Shown here piece by piece: positions 1 to 7,276 of a stretch of 39,113 nucleotides of DNA. Location of the stretch: positions 1 through 39,113 of IMG/VR virus record IMGVR_UViG_3300010046_000002; one strand, 5' to 3'. The notes beneath the pieces are model-generated. The model was not told the DNA's origin. It was given only the letters and a program-made list of their open reading frames with translations, and made no database searches. The translations under genes were made by a program, and so were the position numbers. Origin of the DNA: a virus. Within the stretch, counting starts at the first letter, position 1; every line of letters begins with the position of its first letter.

Positions 1-123
1 CGATTGCCGCTTACTCGCAGACTTCCGGCCACCGCCCGCCCGTTGCTGCCGTCCCGGGCCGGGCAAGATCCGCCGCAGATCCGCCGCCTCGCTCGGCCCC
101 CGCCCCGCAAACGTCCGCTCCAG
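1..123. repeat. Terminal redundancy copy A (circular-assembly overlap)
   Basis: Identical base for base to 38991..39113. It lies inside the integrase C-terminal coding sequence, so it is a circularisation overlap rather than a biological terminal repeat. Confidence 0.9.
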
Positions 124-1221
124 TGCCGCCGCCACCGTCGCATCGTCCACGATGTGGTAGCGCTCGAGCATGCTGCGCGTCTTGTGCCCCGTAATGGCCA
201 TGCATGTCGAGTCGTCCGTGCCCTCGCGCTTGAGGTTGCGCACCGCCGTCCGACGCAGGTCGTAGGGAATTGCGCCGTCGCACCCGACGGCGCGACACGC
301 GCTGCGCCACGCCTTGCGATAGTCAACCACGCGCACCGGGTCGCCCGCGACCAGGCCCGGACGGGGCTGGCCGACGTAGCGGCGCCAGAAGACCCATGGC
401 ACAAGCCGCCCGGTCTCCTGGGCGTACGCGACGCGGCGGGCCCACGCCCGCTCGATGATGGCAGCGAGCGGCCCCGCCAACGGGATCCACCGTGGCTTCC
501 CCTTATTCGCCCGCTGGCCCCGCACGAGGCGCAGCGCACTGGTCTCGCGATCCACCGCCGGCCACTCGAGGTCGCGAATCGCGCCCGGCCGCATGCCAAG
601 CCAGGAAAACCACTCGAGAAAATCCGCCAACACGGGGTCACCCGCGCGGATATGATCCAGCAACGCCACCACGGTCGTGTCGGAGAAAAATCCCTCGCGG
701 ACGTTGTCCTCTCGGAGCTTCGGGGGAAAGGCCGGGACGTGCAGCACGGTCGGCGGTGTCACCCGGGCCCCGAGGCGATACGCCCGGCGCAGTGCCTCGA
801 GGCGGCGGTTGATGGTCGCCGGCTTGACGTGCCCGCGCCACGCGTCAACGCAGCGCTCGAGCGTGGCGGTCGAGACGTCCACCGCGAGCCGTCCCGGGCC
901 GAGCGCCGTGTGCCACGCCGCCCGGTGGCCCGGCAGGTTCTTTCGCGTCGGCCGTTCCTCGAACGCATAGCGCGCGTCCAAGTCGTGAAACAGCCGCTCG
1001 ACGGTCACCTGCCGGGTCTGGGGGGCGGGTGGGCGGCCTGCGGCCAGCTCGCCCAACCGAGCTTTCAGAATGCGCAACGCCACCTGGGCGGCACGCGTGC
1101 CGCTGTTTTCGCGATGCTGCACGCCGCGGACGAAGAATTCGACCACGTAATTGCCGTACGGCACGCCGTGGCGACTGTGCCGGAAGATCCGGCCGAGTCC
1201 GTAGCGCTGTCGTCGGCTCAT
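1..1221 (-). CDS. int: Tyrosine recombinase / phage integrase (407 codons; stop codon lies across the circular junction at 38990-38988)
   Basis: Own translation from ATG 1221-1219: MSRRQRYGLGRIF... Motifs: box I GMRPGAIRDLEW, IPYDLRRTAVRNLKREG, AITGHKT, catalytic Tyr in SMLERYHIV. There is no stop before base 1; the frame continues ...KRQS then TAG at 38990-38988. It is absent from the ORF track because the stop is off the left edge. Track ORF 4..1242(+) is its antisense shadow. Confidence 0.9.
   Translation of the reverse strand, partial: MSRRQRYGLGRIFRHSRHGVPYGNYVVEFFVRGVQHRENSGTRAAQVALRILKARLGELAAGRPPAPQTRQVTVERLFHDLDARYAFEERPTRKNLPGHRAAWHTALGPGRLAVDVSTATLERCVDAWRGHVKPATINRRLEALRRAYRLGARVTPPTVLHVPAFPPKLREDNVREGFFSDTTVVALLDHIRAGDPVLADFLEWFSWLGMRPGAIRDLEWPAVDRETSALRLVRGQRANKGKPRWIPLAGPLAAIIERAWARRVAYAQETGRLVPWVFWRRYVGQPRPGLVAGDPVRVVDYRKAWRSACRAVGCDGAIPYDLRRTAVRNLKREGTDDSTCMAITGHKTRSMLERYHIVDDATVAAALERTFAGRGPSEAADLRRILPGPGRQQRAGGGRKSASKRQS
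65..86 (+). repeat. 22-bp direct repeat AAGATCCGCCGCAGATCCGCCG, candidate integrase arm-type site (P' side)
   Basis: A perfect second copy lies at 38816..38837. Each copy is internally GATCCGCC-gca-GATCCGCC. In the circle this copy sits ~98 bp from the tRNA-derived core. Confidence 0.5.
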
Positions 1222-1550
1222 GTGACCGGCTCACCACGGTGAAAGGCGGCAATCTTCCGACGGGAGTACATCCATTCCCCACCGATGCGATGCGCGCACC
1301 GGAGCTGCTTCCCTTTCGGGCTGCGCAGCCAGCGGTCGCTCTTGAGTTTCAAGAGCTCCACGGCCTCCGCCTTTGACACGGCGTCGGTCGCATCAGGTGC
1401 CGTTGACTGCCCATCCGTTTTGAGGCGTGCGCCGACGGCCATCGTCAACGCCGCGAGCTGCATGACCGTGCCGGCGAGGACGTGGTGTGGTAAGCGCGAC
1501 ACGGCCTCGACCGTGGGAAGCGGGAAATCATCGTGCCGCGCCACTCGCAC
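1218..1550 (-). CDS. xis: Excisionase-like DNA-binding protein (MerR/AlpA-type HTH)
   Basis: The C-terminal half ...VSKAEAVELLKLKSDRWLRSPKGKQLRCAHRIGGEWMYSRRKIAAFHRGE resembles phage Xis/AlpA HTH. Its TGA overlaps the int ATG (ATGA at 1221-1218). The start is uncertain: GTG 1550, ATG 1463 or ATG 1442. Confidence 0.6.
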   Translation of the reverse strand: MRVARHDDFPLPTVEAVSRLPHHVLAGTVMQLAALTMAVGARLKTDGQSTAPDATDAVSKAEAVELLKLKSDRWLRSPKGKQLRCAHRIGGEWMYSRRKIAAFHRGEPVT

Positions 1551-1774
1551 GAATTGCTGGCCCCCTTTGCGCGCCGGTCCCTCGTCCGTCTCCTCCCCAC
1601 CGCCCCTGCGCTGAGTCTACTGGCAGACCTGCCATCTCTTACCGCGTCGGTGCGTCGGCGCTTGTACGGTGCTTGTCAAAAGCTGTCAACCCGGATTACG
1701 CATGATACATGCCCAAAAGGGTTTCTAACGGCCAGATTGAACGCCGAAAACGGCTCCGCTACGCGCAGAAAACC
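1551..1774. promoter_or_regulatory. Divergent intergenic control region between xis and the RHH gene
   Basis: AT-richer than its surroundings. Contains a perfect palindrome TGGCAG-ac-CTGCCA at 1621-1634 and tandem TTGTCA/CTGTCA (1673-1688) followed by GATTAC/TGATAC -10-like hexamers. Confidence 0.4.
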
Positions 1775-2011
1775 ATGGGACGGCCACCACAGCCACCACG
1801 GAGCTACGTCACCCGGCACATGCGCTTCCGTCGCCCGCTCGATAACGCGCTTCGCAAGGCCGCGCTCGAGGAACGCCGGTCGTTTAACGATCTGGTCCAA
1901 CTAATCTGCGAAGATTGGGTTGCGGTTCGCACCGGCGGTGAGCGATTAGCCCCGATCCTGAGCCGCTGGGCGCCTCGTCCCCGCGGGCAGCCCAGCAAGC
2001 CGCCGCGCTAA
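1775..2011 (+). CDS. Ribbon-helix-helix (CopG/Arc-like) regulator
   Basis: ...SYVTRHMRFRRPLDNALRKAALEERRSFNDLVQLICEDWV fits a beta-strand plus two helices. ATG 1775 is preferred over ATG 1709, but the start is uncertain. Confidence 0.5.
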   Translation: MGRPPQPPRSYVTRHMRFRRPLDNALRKAALEERRSFNDLVQLICEDWVAVRTGGERLAPILSRWAPRPRGQPSKPPR

Positions 2012-2221
2012 CCGGAGCTGCGCCTCGGGCGCGCCCGGGTGCACGAGGGCCGCCCATTCGAGGACGATTCGCGCATCCGGCACGCGGCCCTCCCGCCGCC
2101 AGCGGGCCAGGGATTGGAGCGAAATCCCGAGCGCCTGCGCGAGCGCCCCGGGCCCGCCAGCGGCATGGATGCTGCGATAGACAATGTTACTCGGGAGCTG
2201 GCGGCGGCCGTCGCGTGGCAT
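1946..2221 (-). CDS. Cro/YdaS-like HTH regulator
   Basis: ...HAAGGPGALAQALGISLQSLARWRREGRVPDARIVLEWAALV is an HTH. ATG at 2221-2219. The 3' end overlaps the RHH gene convergently (1946-2011). Confidence 0.55.
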   Translation of the reverse strand: MPRDGRRQLPSNIVYRSIHAAGGPGALAQALGISLQSLARWRREGRVPDARIVLEWAALVHPGAPEAQLRLARRLAGLPAGTRRPAAQDRG

Positions 2222-2257
2222 GCCGGAGGCTGTACCAGAGGCCGACGCGATACGCAA

Positions 2258-2305
2258 CTATCCGATAGTAACCTTCTTGACACTATCGGCGCGCGGCAGT
2301 AGTCT
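2258..2305. promoter_or_regulatory. Operator/promoter patch: palindrome CTATCCGATAG plus TTGACA-N17-TAGTCT
   Basis: CTATCCGATAG lies at 2258-2268 and a third half-site CTATCGG at 2283-2289, inside the spacer of a sigma70-like promoter (TTGACA 2277-2282, TAGTCT 2300-2305). The reverse strand reads TTAGAC-N16-TAGTGT across the same bases. Confidence 0.45.
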
Positions 2306-2318
2306 AAGAGAGTATGAG

Positions 2319-2759
2319 CTACGCCACGGAGAGCGCCGGCGCCGTCCGCCCGCGGTACACATGCCCGCGGCTCTTGAGCGTCCCGAGCCACGGGGCCCCC
2401 ACCGCGAGGGCGTCGCACACCCGCTGGCGCACGGCCCCGGCGTCGAGGTCCAGCACCGCGCACGCCGGCCGGAACGCGAGCGGCCAGTCTTCCCGGTCAT
2501 CCATGATCCATTGCCACGCCAGGGCGTACGGTCTGGTCCCGCGTGGGTAGCGGTGGAGGTCGAGTAACACGCCCATGAAGACCGCCAGCACTAAGCGTCG
2601 CTCTCCCGACAGCTCTCGTCGTCGTGCGCGAAACTCCTCGAAGAGCGCCTCGGCGTCGGTCGCATCGGGGCCGGGATCGGGTAATGCAAAGGTGCGCTTG
2701 CCCCCCGAGCGCAACGCGGCCGCTTGCACGCGTAAACCCGGGATAGCAAAGAGTGCCAC
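2319..2759 (-). CDS. Hypothetical protein (146 aa, GTG start)
   Basis: Balanced composition (…EALFEEFRARRRELSGERRLVLAVFMGVLLDLHRY…DDREDWPLAFRPACAVLDLDAG…). It shares wobble positions with the + ORF 2314..2550, which has shadow-like S/R/A/T composition. Confidence 0.5.
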   Translation of the reverse strand: MALFAIPGLRVQAAALRSGGKRTFALPDPGPDATDAEALFEEFRARRRELSGERRLVLAVFMGVLLDLHRYPRGTRPYALAWQWIMDDREDWPLAFRPACAVLDLDAGAVRQRVCDALAVGAPWLGTLKSRGHVYRGRTAPALSVA

Positions 2760-2778
2760 TTAGAAGCCGCTAAGTATC

Positions 2779-3417
2779 ATGAATCCTGCGCCTTGTACAC
2801 GCTGTCAGCAACCGGTGGAACCGGTCCAGCGGCGCGGTCGGCCACGCGCTTACGCCGATTTGTGTCGGCCGTGTGTGCGGGTCGCATACCGCCAATCGGA
2901 TAGAGGGCGCGCAAAAGCGCGTGCACGGGATCGACGCTGGCGCCAAACGGATGCGGGCCGCGTGTCGACGACAGCCTCGCTTAAGCGCTACCGGCAATCG
3001 GACAGAGGTCGTGCCGTGATCGCTGCTTACCAAGGGGCCCCCCAAGCACGCTACCGTCAGACGGAAAAGGGGCGGGTTAGTGCGACAAAGGCCGATGTCC
3101 TACGCCGGACCCGCAAAGCGAAGGCGATTGTTCTTGAGTCCATCGACCGCCGGATCATTTTTGTCCTCGACGGCGGGATTTGCCACCTCTGCAACCTCCC
3201 GGTTGATCCGGAGACGTTTCACGTTGACCACGTGATCCCACTCGCGGTCGAACCAATCCATGCAGCATTTAACTGCGCGGTTGCGCATCCCACATGCAAT
3301 GTCCGGAAGTGGAGGCGGCTTATGGTGCTATCCCCGACCGCACGGCTCCGCTGGCAGGCGCGCCGTCCCGAGCACTTGGCGTTACTCGACCAACACCTCA
3401 CGCGGCTCGCCGCATAG
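2779..3417 (+). CDS. HNH endonuclease
   Basis: CHLCNLPVDPETFHVDHVIPLA...NCAVAHPTCNVRK is an H-N-H motif. The N-terminal half carries repeated (Y/W)RQ(S/T)(D/E).GR units. Confidence 0.8.
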   Translation: MNPAPCTRCQQPVEPVQRRGRPRAYADLCRPCVRVAYRQSDRGRAKARARDRRWRQTDAGRVSTTASLKRYRQSDRGRAVIAAYQGAPQARYRQTEKGRVSATKADVLRRTRKAKAIVLESIDRRIIFVLDGGICHLCNLPVDPETFHVDHVIPLAVEPIHAAFNCAVAHPTCNVRKWRRLMVLSPTARLRWQARRPEHLALLDQHLTRLAA

Positions 3418-3424
3418 GAAAGTG

Positions 3425-4624
3425 ATGAGCACAACAACCGCAACACGTCGGAAGCGCAGTGCGGCGCGTGATACAGTGCCGCAAGAGAGGTCCGTTATGG
3501 AACCCGAAACCATTCCCGCCGAGGCCACCGCCGCCGCGCCCGTCACTGCGCCCGCCCTCGTGCCCGACGTCGTCGCCGAGGGGCTTGTGCTCGGCAATCC
3601 CGAGGCGCTCGCCGCGCAGCTCGAGAGTTTTAGCCGCGCGCGGGGCCTCTTCGTCGATTGGCTCTTTAACCGGCTCGTCGCCGGCATCGACTACATGGTG
3701 ATCCATCGCAAGGTCGGGCCGCGCAATGCGAAGACCCCGTGCCCGAATGCGACGACCGCGACGGGGGCGACGTGCCCGACGTGCGGCGGCAAAGCCACCT
3801 TGTGCAAGCCGGGCTCGGAGAAAATCTGCGGCCTCTTGCAGTTGCGTCCCCGCTTCCGGCGCGATGTCGAAACGTGGGAGATGCTCGGCGGCGAGGCCGG
3901 GCTCATGACGCTCGTGTGCGAGCTCGTCACGACCGCCGGCGTCGTCGTCGCCGAGGGCCGCGGCGCACGCCACCGTGACCAGGATTTCGGGGACACAAAC
4001 AAAGCGATCAAAATGTGCCAAAAGAGCGCGCAAACGGACGCCGTGCTGCGCTGCGCCGGGCTCTCGGAGATCTTCACGCAAGACTTAGAGGACATGCCCA
4101 CTTTCATGCGGGAGACCGACCCCGATAACGCGCAACCCTTCGAGGCGCCGCGCCGGCAAGCTGAAGCCACGCCGGCACCCGCCACGGGCGCGCAAGGCGA
4201 GCTCGACCTAGCCGACCAGCTCCGCCGCTCGGTCGCCGAGGCCGCCGCCCGCAAGGCCGCTGCGCCCGTGCGCCCGGCCCCGGCAACGCCGACGCCTCCA
4301 GCAGGCGACGAGCCGCCGCCGAGCGACGCGCTCTCGAAACCCCGCATCGGCCGCTTGATGGCGCTCCTGCATGAGGCCGTCGAGAAGCAAGGCGTGCCCG
4401 ACGATTCCCACGAGCAGATTTTCGACCGCTCGCTGGATTGGCTCGCGGGCTGGGTCGCCACGACGCAGGGCCGCAGCAAGGTCACGCACTGCAGTTACAA
4501 GCAATACGACGCGCTGTGCGCGCAAATCCCGGTCGCCGTCGAGGCCGCGCTCGCCGGCGAGCGGCGGCCCGCCCCGCGGCTCGTGCGCCGCACGTACGCC
4601 GCCCCGCGCCGACCGCTGCGGTAA
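3425..4624 (+). CDS. Single-strand annealing protein, Rad52/Sak/Erf-superfamily-like, with a Cys4 insertion and a long Pro/Ala-rich C-terminal region
   Basis: ATG 3425 follows AGGAAAG. The core ...EGRGARHRDQDFGDTNKAIKMCQKSAQTDAVLRCAGLSEIF resembles the K.A.TDA..R..G motif of Rad52-like annealases. Insertion: CPNATTATGATCPTCGGKATLC. It sits next to an exonuclease. Confidence 0.55.
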   Translation: MSTTTATRRKRSAARDTVPQERSVMEPETIPAEATAAAPVTAPALVPDVVAEGLVLGNPEALAAQLESFSRARGLFVDWLFNRLVAGIDYMVIHRKVGPRNAKTPCPNATTATGATCPTCGGKATLCKPGSEKICGLLQLRPRFRRDVETWEMLGGEAGLMTLVCELVTTAGVVVAEGRGARHRDQDFGDTNKAIKMCQKSAQTDAVLRCAGLSEIFTQDLEDMPTFMRETDPDNAQPFEAPRRQAEATPAPATGAQGELDLADQLRRSVAEAAARKAAAPVRPAPATPTPPAGDEPPPSDALSKPRIGRLMALLHEAVEKQGVPDDSHEQIFDRSLDWLAGWVATTQGRSKVTHCSYKQYDALCAQIPVAVEAALAGERRPAPRLVRRTYAAPRRPLR

Positions 4625-4795
4625 ATGGAACGCTGCAAAGCATGCGGCCATGCGCGTGAATTGCATGGCCGCCGTGGGGCCGGCGCATGCCGCCACGGGC
4701 GTCGCTCCGATGTCGGCGACCTCCTCGCGGCGGTACGCGGTGTCAAACCGGAGCCGCCATGCCCGTGCAAGCGATTCCGCCGAGGTCGGGCGTGA
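4625..4795 (+). CDS. Small Cys-rich protein (56 aa), not in the ORF track
   Basis: Own translation: MERCKACGHARELHGRRGAGACRHGRRSDVGDLLAAVRGVKPEPPCPCKRFRRGRA. The ATG abuts the TAA of the annealase, and its TGA (4793-4795) overlaps GTG 4792 of the exonuclease frame. Confidence 0.35.
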   Translation: MERCKACGHARELHGRRGAGACRHGRRSDVGDLLAAVRGVKPEPPCPCKRFRRGRA

Positions 4796-5466
4796 GCGCT
4801 CCCGCGGCCTCGCCGAGCGTGCTCGCGTTCAATCCGGTGGCCCATGAATACCGAGTCGACGGGGCGCTGGTGCCGAGCGTGACCCAGCTCCTCGAGGACG
4901 CGGGGTTAACTCCGGACTACTCCGTCGTGCAGCCCGCCGTGCTCCAGCACGCCCGCGAGCGGGGCCTACACGTTGACGCGTGCTGCGATCTCCTCGACGC
5001 CGATGATCTCGACTGGCGGAGCGTGCATCCTGAGGCGCTCCCATTCGTTGAGGCGTGGTTGCGCTTCAAAGAATATGAGGCCTTTACGCCGCTCGCCGCG
5101 CAGATTCCCCTGTACCACCCGACATATGGGTACGCGGGCACGCTCGATAGCGTCGGCCTTTTGCCAAGTGGCCGCCCCGTGATCGTGGAGCGCAAGAGTA
5201 CGGCCAAGATGGCGGCAACGTATGCGCTGCAGACCGCCGGCTATGCGCTCGACGGCATGTGGTTTGCGCCCCCGGGCGGCGGCGTCTTGACCCCCGTGCC
5301 GTGGGGGCCGCCGGCGCGGCTCGGTGTGCAGCTCCGCCGCGACGGCAGCTACCAGCTCGTTCCCTACGACGACCCCGAGGACCTCTCGGCATTCCTTGGC
5401 GTCGTCGCGCTCGGGCGCTGGCGTGGCGCGCGGCGTGCCTTGCAACCGATCCGGCGGGCGCGCTAG
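4759..5466 (+). CDS. PD-(D/E)XK (RecB/Cas4-like) exonuclease
   Basis: HEYRVDGALVPSVTQLL, RGLHVDA, and GYAGTLDSVGLLPSGRPVIVERKS (a D...E.K motif). Start is ATG 4759 (GGAG upstream) or GTG 4792. Confidence 0.65.
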   Translation: MPVQAIPPRSGVSAPAASPSVLAFNPVAHEYRVDGALVPSVTQLLEDAGLTPDYSVVQPAVLQHARERGLHVDACCDLLDADDLDWRSVHPEALPFVEAWLRFKEYEAFTPLAAQIPLYHPTYGYAGTLDSVGLLPSGRPVIVERKSTAKMAATYALQTAGYALDGMWFAPPGGGVLTPVPWGPPARLGVQLRRDGSYQLVPYDDPEDLSAFLGVVALGRWRGARRALQPIRRAR

Positions 5467-5475
5467 CGTAACACC

Positions 5476-5706
5476 GTGGCGAGCGAAACCCTCAAGCGCT
5501 TGGTCGCAATCGAGCAGCGGCTCGCCGCCCTCGACGAGGGCCAAACGGCCACCAACGCCGCGCTCGAGGGCACCAACGCGCGCCTCGACGTCGTCGTGAT
5601 CCGGCTGGACCAGATGGTTGAGCTCTTGCGGCAAATGATCGTTGGCCGGGCGGAGTTTGACGCGCTCGAGCGGCGCGTCGAACGGCTCGAGGGCCCGCGG
5701 TCGTGA
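5476..5706 (+). CDS. Small coiled-coil protein (76 aa)
   Basis: Heptad-like sequence LKRLVAIEQRLAALDEG...RLDQMVELLRQMIVGRAEFDALERRVERLEG; GTG start. Confidence 0.5.
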   Translation: MASETLKRLVAIEQRLAALDEGQTATNAALEGTNARLDVVVIRLDQMVELLRQMIVGRAEFDALERRVERLEGPRS

Positions 5707-5855
5707 TGGTCGCGCTCCTGCTCCTCTTGCTCTTGGTGCCGGTGTACGCCGGGCTCGGCTATCTCATCTTCATCGACTACCAGGCCCGCAACACCTTCAC
5801 GCCCGGCGAGGCAGCCATCTTCAAGGAGATGCGCCGCGTGCTTGAGGAGCGCTAG
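5706..5855 (+). CDS. Small membrane protein (49 aa), not in the ORF track
   Basis: Own translation: MVALLLLLLLVPVYAGLGYLIFIDYQARNTFTPGEAAIFKEMRRVLEER. The ATG overlaps the preceding TGA (TGATG). One N-terminal TM segment plus a charged tail. Confidence 0.5.
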   Translation: MVALLLLLLLVPVYAGLGYLIFIDYQARNTFTPGEAAIFKEMRRVLEER

Positions 5856-6190
5856 GGCTCAGCGGCCGCGCGCCGCAGCCGCTCAAGCGCGTCGTCCTCG
5901 AGGTTGGCGAGCACCTCGGGGGGTAAGAAGCCCGTCACGTCGCACGCCCCCAAGTGCACCGACACGTACACAGAGTCGGGCTCAGGCGGCGTCTCCCGCG
6001 TCGCCGGCGCCCCGCGGGCGGCGTCAAGGACGCTGACCGTGAGCGGGAGCTCCACCTCGACCGTGTAGCGCATGCGGCGGGCGACGCCGCGTGGCCGTCG
6101 CGGCCGGCCCGTATAGCAGAGTGCCTGGGCACTGGCGACGAGCCGCCGCAGCTCGCGCAGCTGGCCGTCCAAGGCGTCAATCGCCGACAT
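5852..6190 (-). CDS. Hypothetical protein (112 aa)
   Basis: MSAIDALDGQLRELRRLVASAQAL...; internal ATG of track ORF 5852..6382. Its stop overlaps the + strand stop in CTAG (5852-5855). Confidence 0.45.
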   Translation of the reverse strand: MSAIDALDGQLRELRRLVASAQALCYTGRPRRPRGVARRMRYTVEVELPLTVSVLDAARGAPATRETPPEPDSVYVSVHLGACDVTGFLPPEVLANLEDDALERLRRAAAEP

Positions 6191-6374
6191 ACCGGGCGCG
6201 CCCGAGATCGCGCACGAGGCGCCCGAGATATTCCTGCAGGATCGCACGCCGGGCCTGGTTCGGCCGCTGGTCGTCGAGGCGACGCAGATAGGCTTGCAAG
6301 TGCGTGATGGCGAAGTCCAAGTGCTCGGCCTCCTGCCGTCGTTCCTCGTACCACTCGCCCGGATCGGTGGCCAT
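6177..6374 (-). CDS. Hypothetical protein (65 aa)
   Basis: MATDPGEWYEERRQEAEHLDFAITHLQAYLRRLDDQRPNQARRAILQEYLGRLVRDLG...; helical composition. Confidence 0.45.
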   Translation of the reverse strand: MATDPGEWYEERRQEAEHLDFAITHLQAYLRRLDDQRPNQARRAILQEYLGRLVRDLGRARYVGD

Positions 6375-6378
6375 GGCG

Positions 6379-6573
6379 TCACGTCCAGTACACGAGCTGC
6401 CCGGCCTTGAGTTTGCGCACGATGATGCGCGCCATGACGAGGTCCATCGGGCGGCGGAGCGGGTCGGCATCCGGAGCCGCTTGCCGGGCGCGATCCGCCT
6501 CGACCAAGAGCGTGGCGGCCTCCTCGTCGGGGGCCGCAAGAATCCGGTCAAGCAAATTAGCCGAGCTGGTCAT
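6379..6573 (-). CDS. Hypothetical protein (64 aa)
   Basis: MTSSANLLDRILAAPDEEAATLLVEADRARQ...; the start overlaps the last 17 nt of the terminase ATPase ORF. Confidence 0.45.
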   Translation of the reverse strand: MTSSANLLDRILAAPDEEAATLLVEADRARQAAPDADPLRRPMDLVMARIIVRKLKAGQLVYWT

Positions 6574-7276
6574 GCACGAGGTCCTTAAAAAACCCCGGGC
6601 CGGCGCTCGACACCGCCGTCAACCGCCCGCCGCCCTCGATGGTCGGCCGCAACGCCACCCACGTCTCGAACGCATGATCCCAGAACGCCACCTCGTCGGC
6701 CAAGACCGACGTGAACGTGTGCTGCCGCGCTTGCTCCTCGCCCTCGCCGAGCGCCACGATCTCCGACCCGTTCGGGAAGCGGAGAAAGCCAATCGAGTAC
6801 TCGACCTCGCAGACCGGAAACGTCGCCGGCAAGTGCTCGTGAATGAACTTCGCGCGCCGCACGAGCTCCGCCGACCCCTCCGTCTCCGTTTTCCCTAGTT
6901 TCCGGGCCATGAACGCGACCTTGCTATTCCCGCAAAACCGCGCAAGCCAGTAATTCACCGCCACGAAGAGCCAGGTGACGACCATGCGCCGGGACTTCGC
7001 AACCGCGAGTAACGGTTGCTCCTGCCAGCGCCGCACCAGGAGCTCCGCATAGGCTTGACTCGGGTAGCGCCGCACGCGCCCCGTCACCTCGTCCCGCGTC
7101 CACACGCAATCCCGCACAAACGCCCACGGATCCCCGTCCCGGCCGTAGGTCGCGAGCGTTTTCCGTTGCTCGAGCAGGAGCCGCGCCGCGGCGCGCATGG
7201 CGAGGGGATGGTCGGGCCCCAAGACCCGGCCCGCGCCGGCCCCCGGCTCAGGCATCGGGCCCGTCGGCGGCGTCAC
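6557..7276 (-). CDS. terL-N: Terminase large subunit, ATPase domain only
   Basis: YPSQAYAELLVRRWQEQPLLAVAKSRRMVVTW (deviant Walker A), FTSVLADEVAFW (Walker B), RLTAVSSAGPGFF (C-motif), then ...KDLVHDQLG stop. GTG 7276 overlaps the upstream TGA (GTGA); the alternative start is ATG 7255. Confidence 0.8.
   Translation of the reverse strand: MTPPTGPMPEPGAGAGRVLGPDHPLAMRAAARLLLEQRKTLATYGRDGDPWAFVRDCVWTRDEVTGRVRRYPSQAYAELLVRRWQEQPLLAVAKSRRMVVTWLFVAVNYWLARFCGNSKVAFMARKLGKTETEGSAELVRRAKFIHEHLPATFPVCEVEYSIGFLRFPNGSEIVALGEGEEQARQHTFTSVLADEVAFWDHAFETWVALRPTIEGGGRLTAVSSAGPGFFKDLVHDQLG

Noticed and set aside
1-123. T7-like biological direct terminal repeats
   Set aside because: The repeat lies inside the integrase coding sequence, and the ORF only closes if the ends are joined. 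It is better explained as circular-assembly overlap.
4-1242. 412-aa + strand ORF covering the left end
   Set aside because: Arg/Pro/Ala-rich junk composition. It is the antisense shadow of the integrase, whose minus-strand translation shows all tyrosine-recombinase motifs.
2314-2550. 78-aa + ORF just downstream of the strong TTGACA-N17-TAGTCT promoter
   Set aside because: It shares third-codon positions with c(2319..2759), so GC3 is uninformative. Its S/R/A/T/H-rich sequence looks like a shadow, while the minus-strand product has normal composition. The promoter is kept as a regulatory observation only.
6519-6528. 10-bp inverted repeat (CCTCCTCGTC / GACGAGGAGG at 14115-14124) as the crossover site of the terL-splitting inversion
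   Set aside because: It is low-complexity (a Glu/Asp-coding GAG/GAC repeat) and only 10 bp. Recombination there would leave ~100 nt with stop codons between the two terL halves. It is mentioned as weak evidence only.
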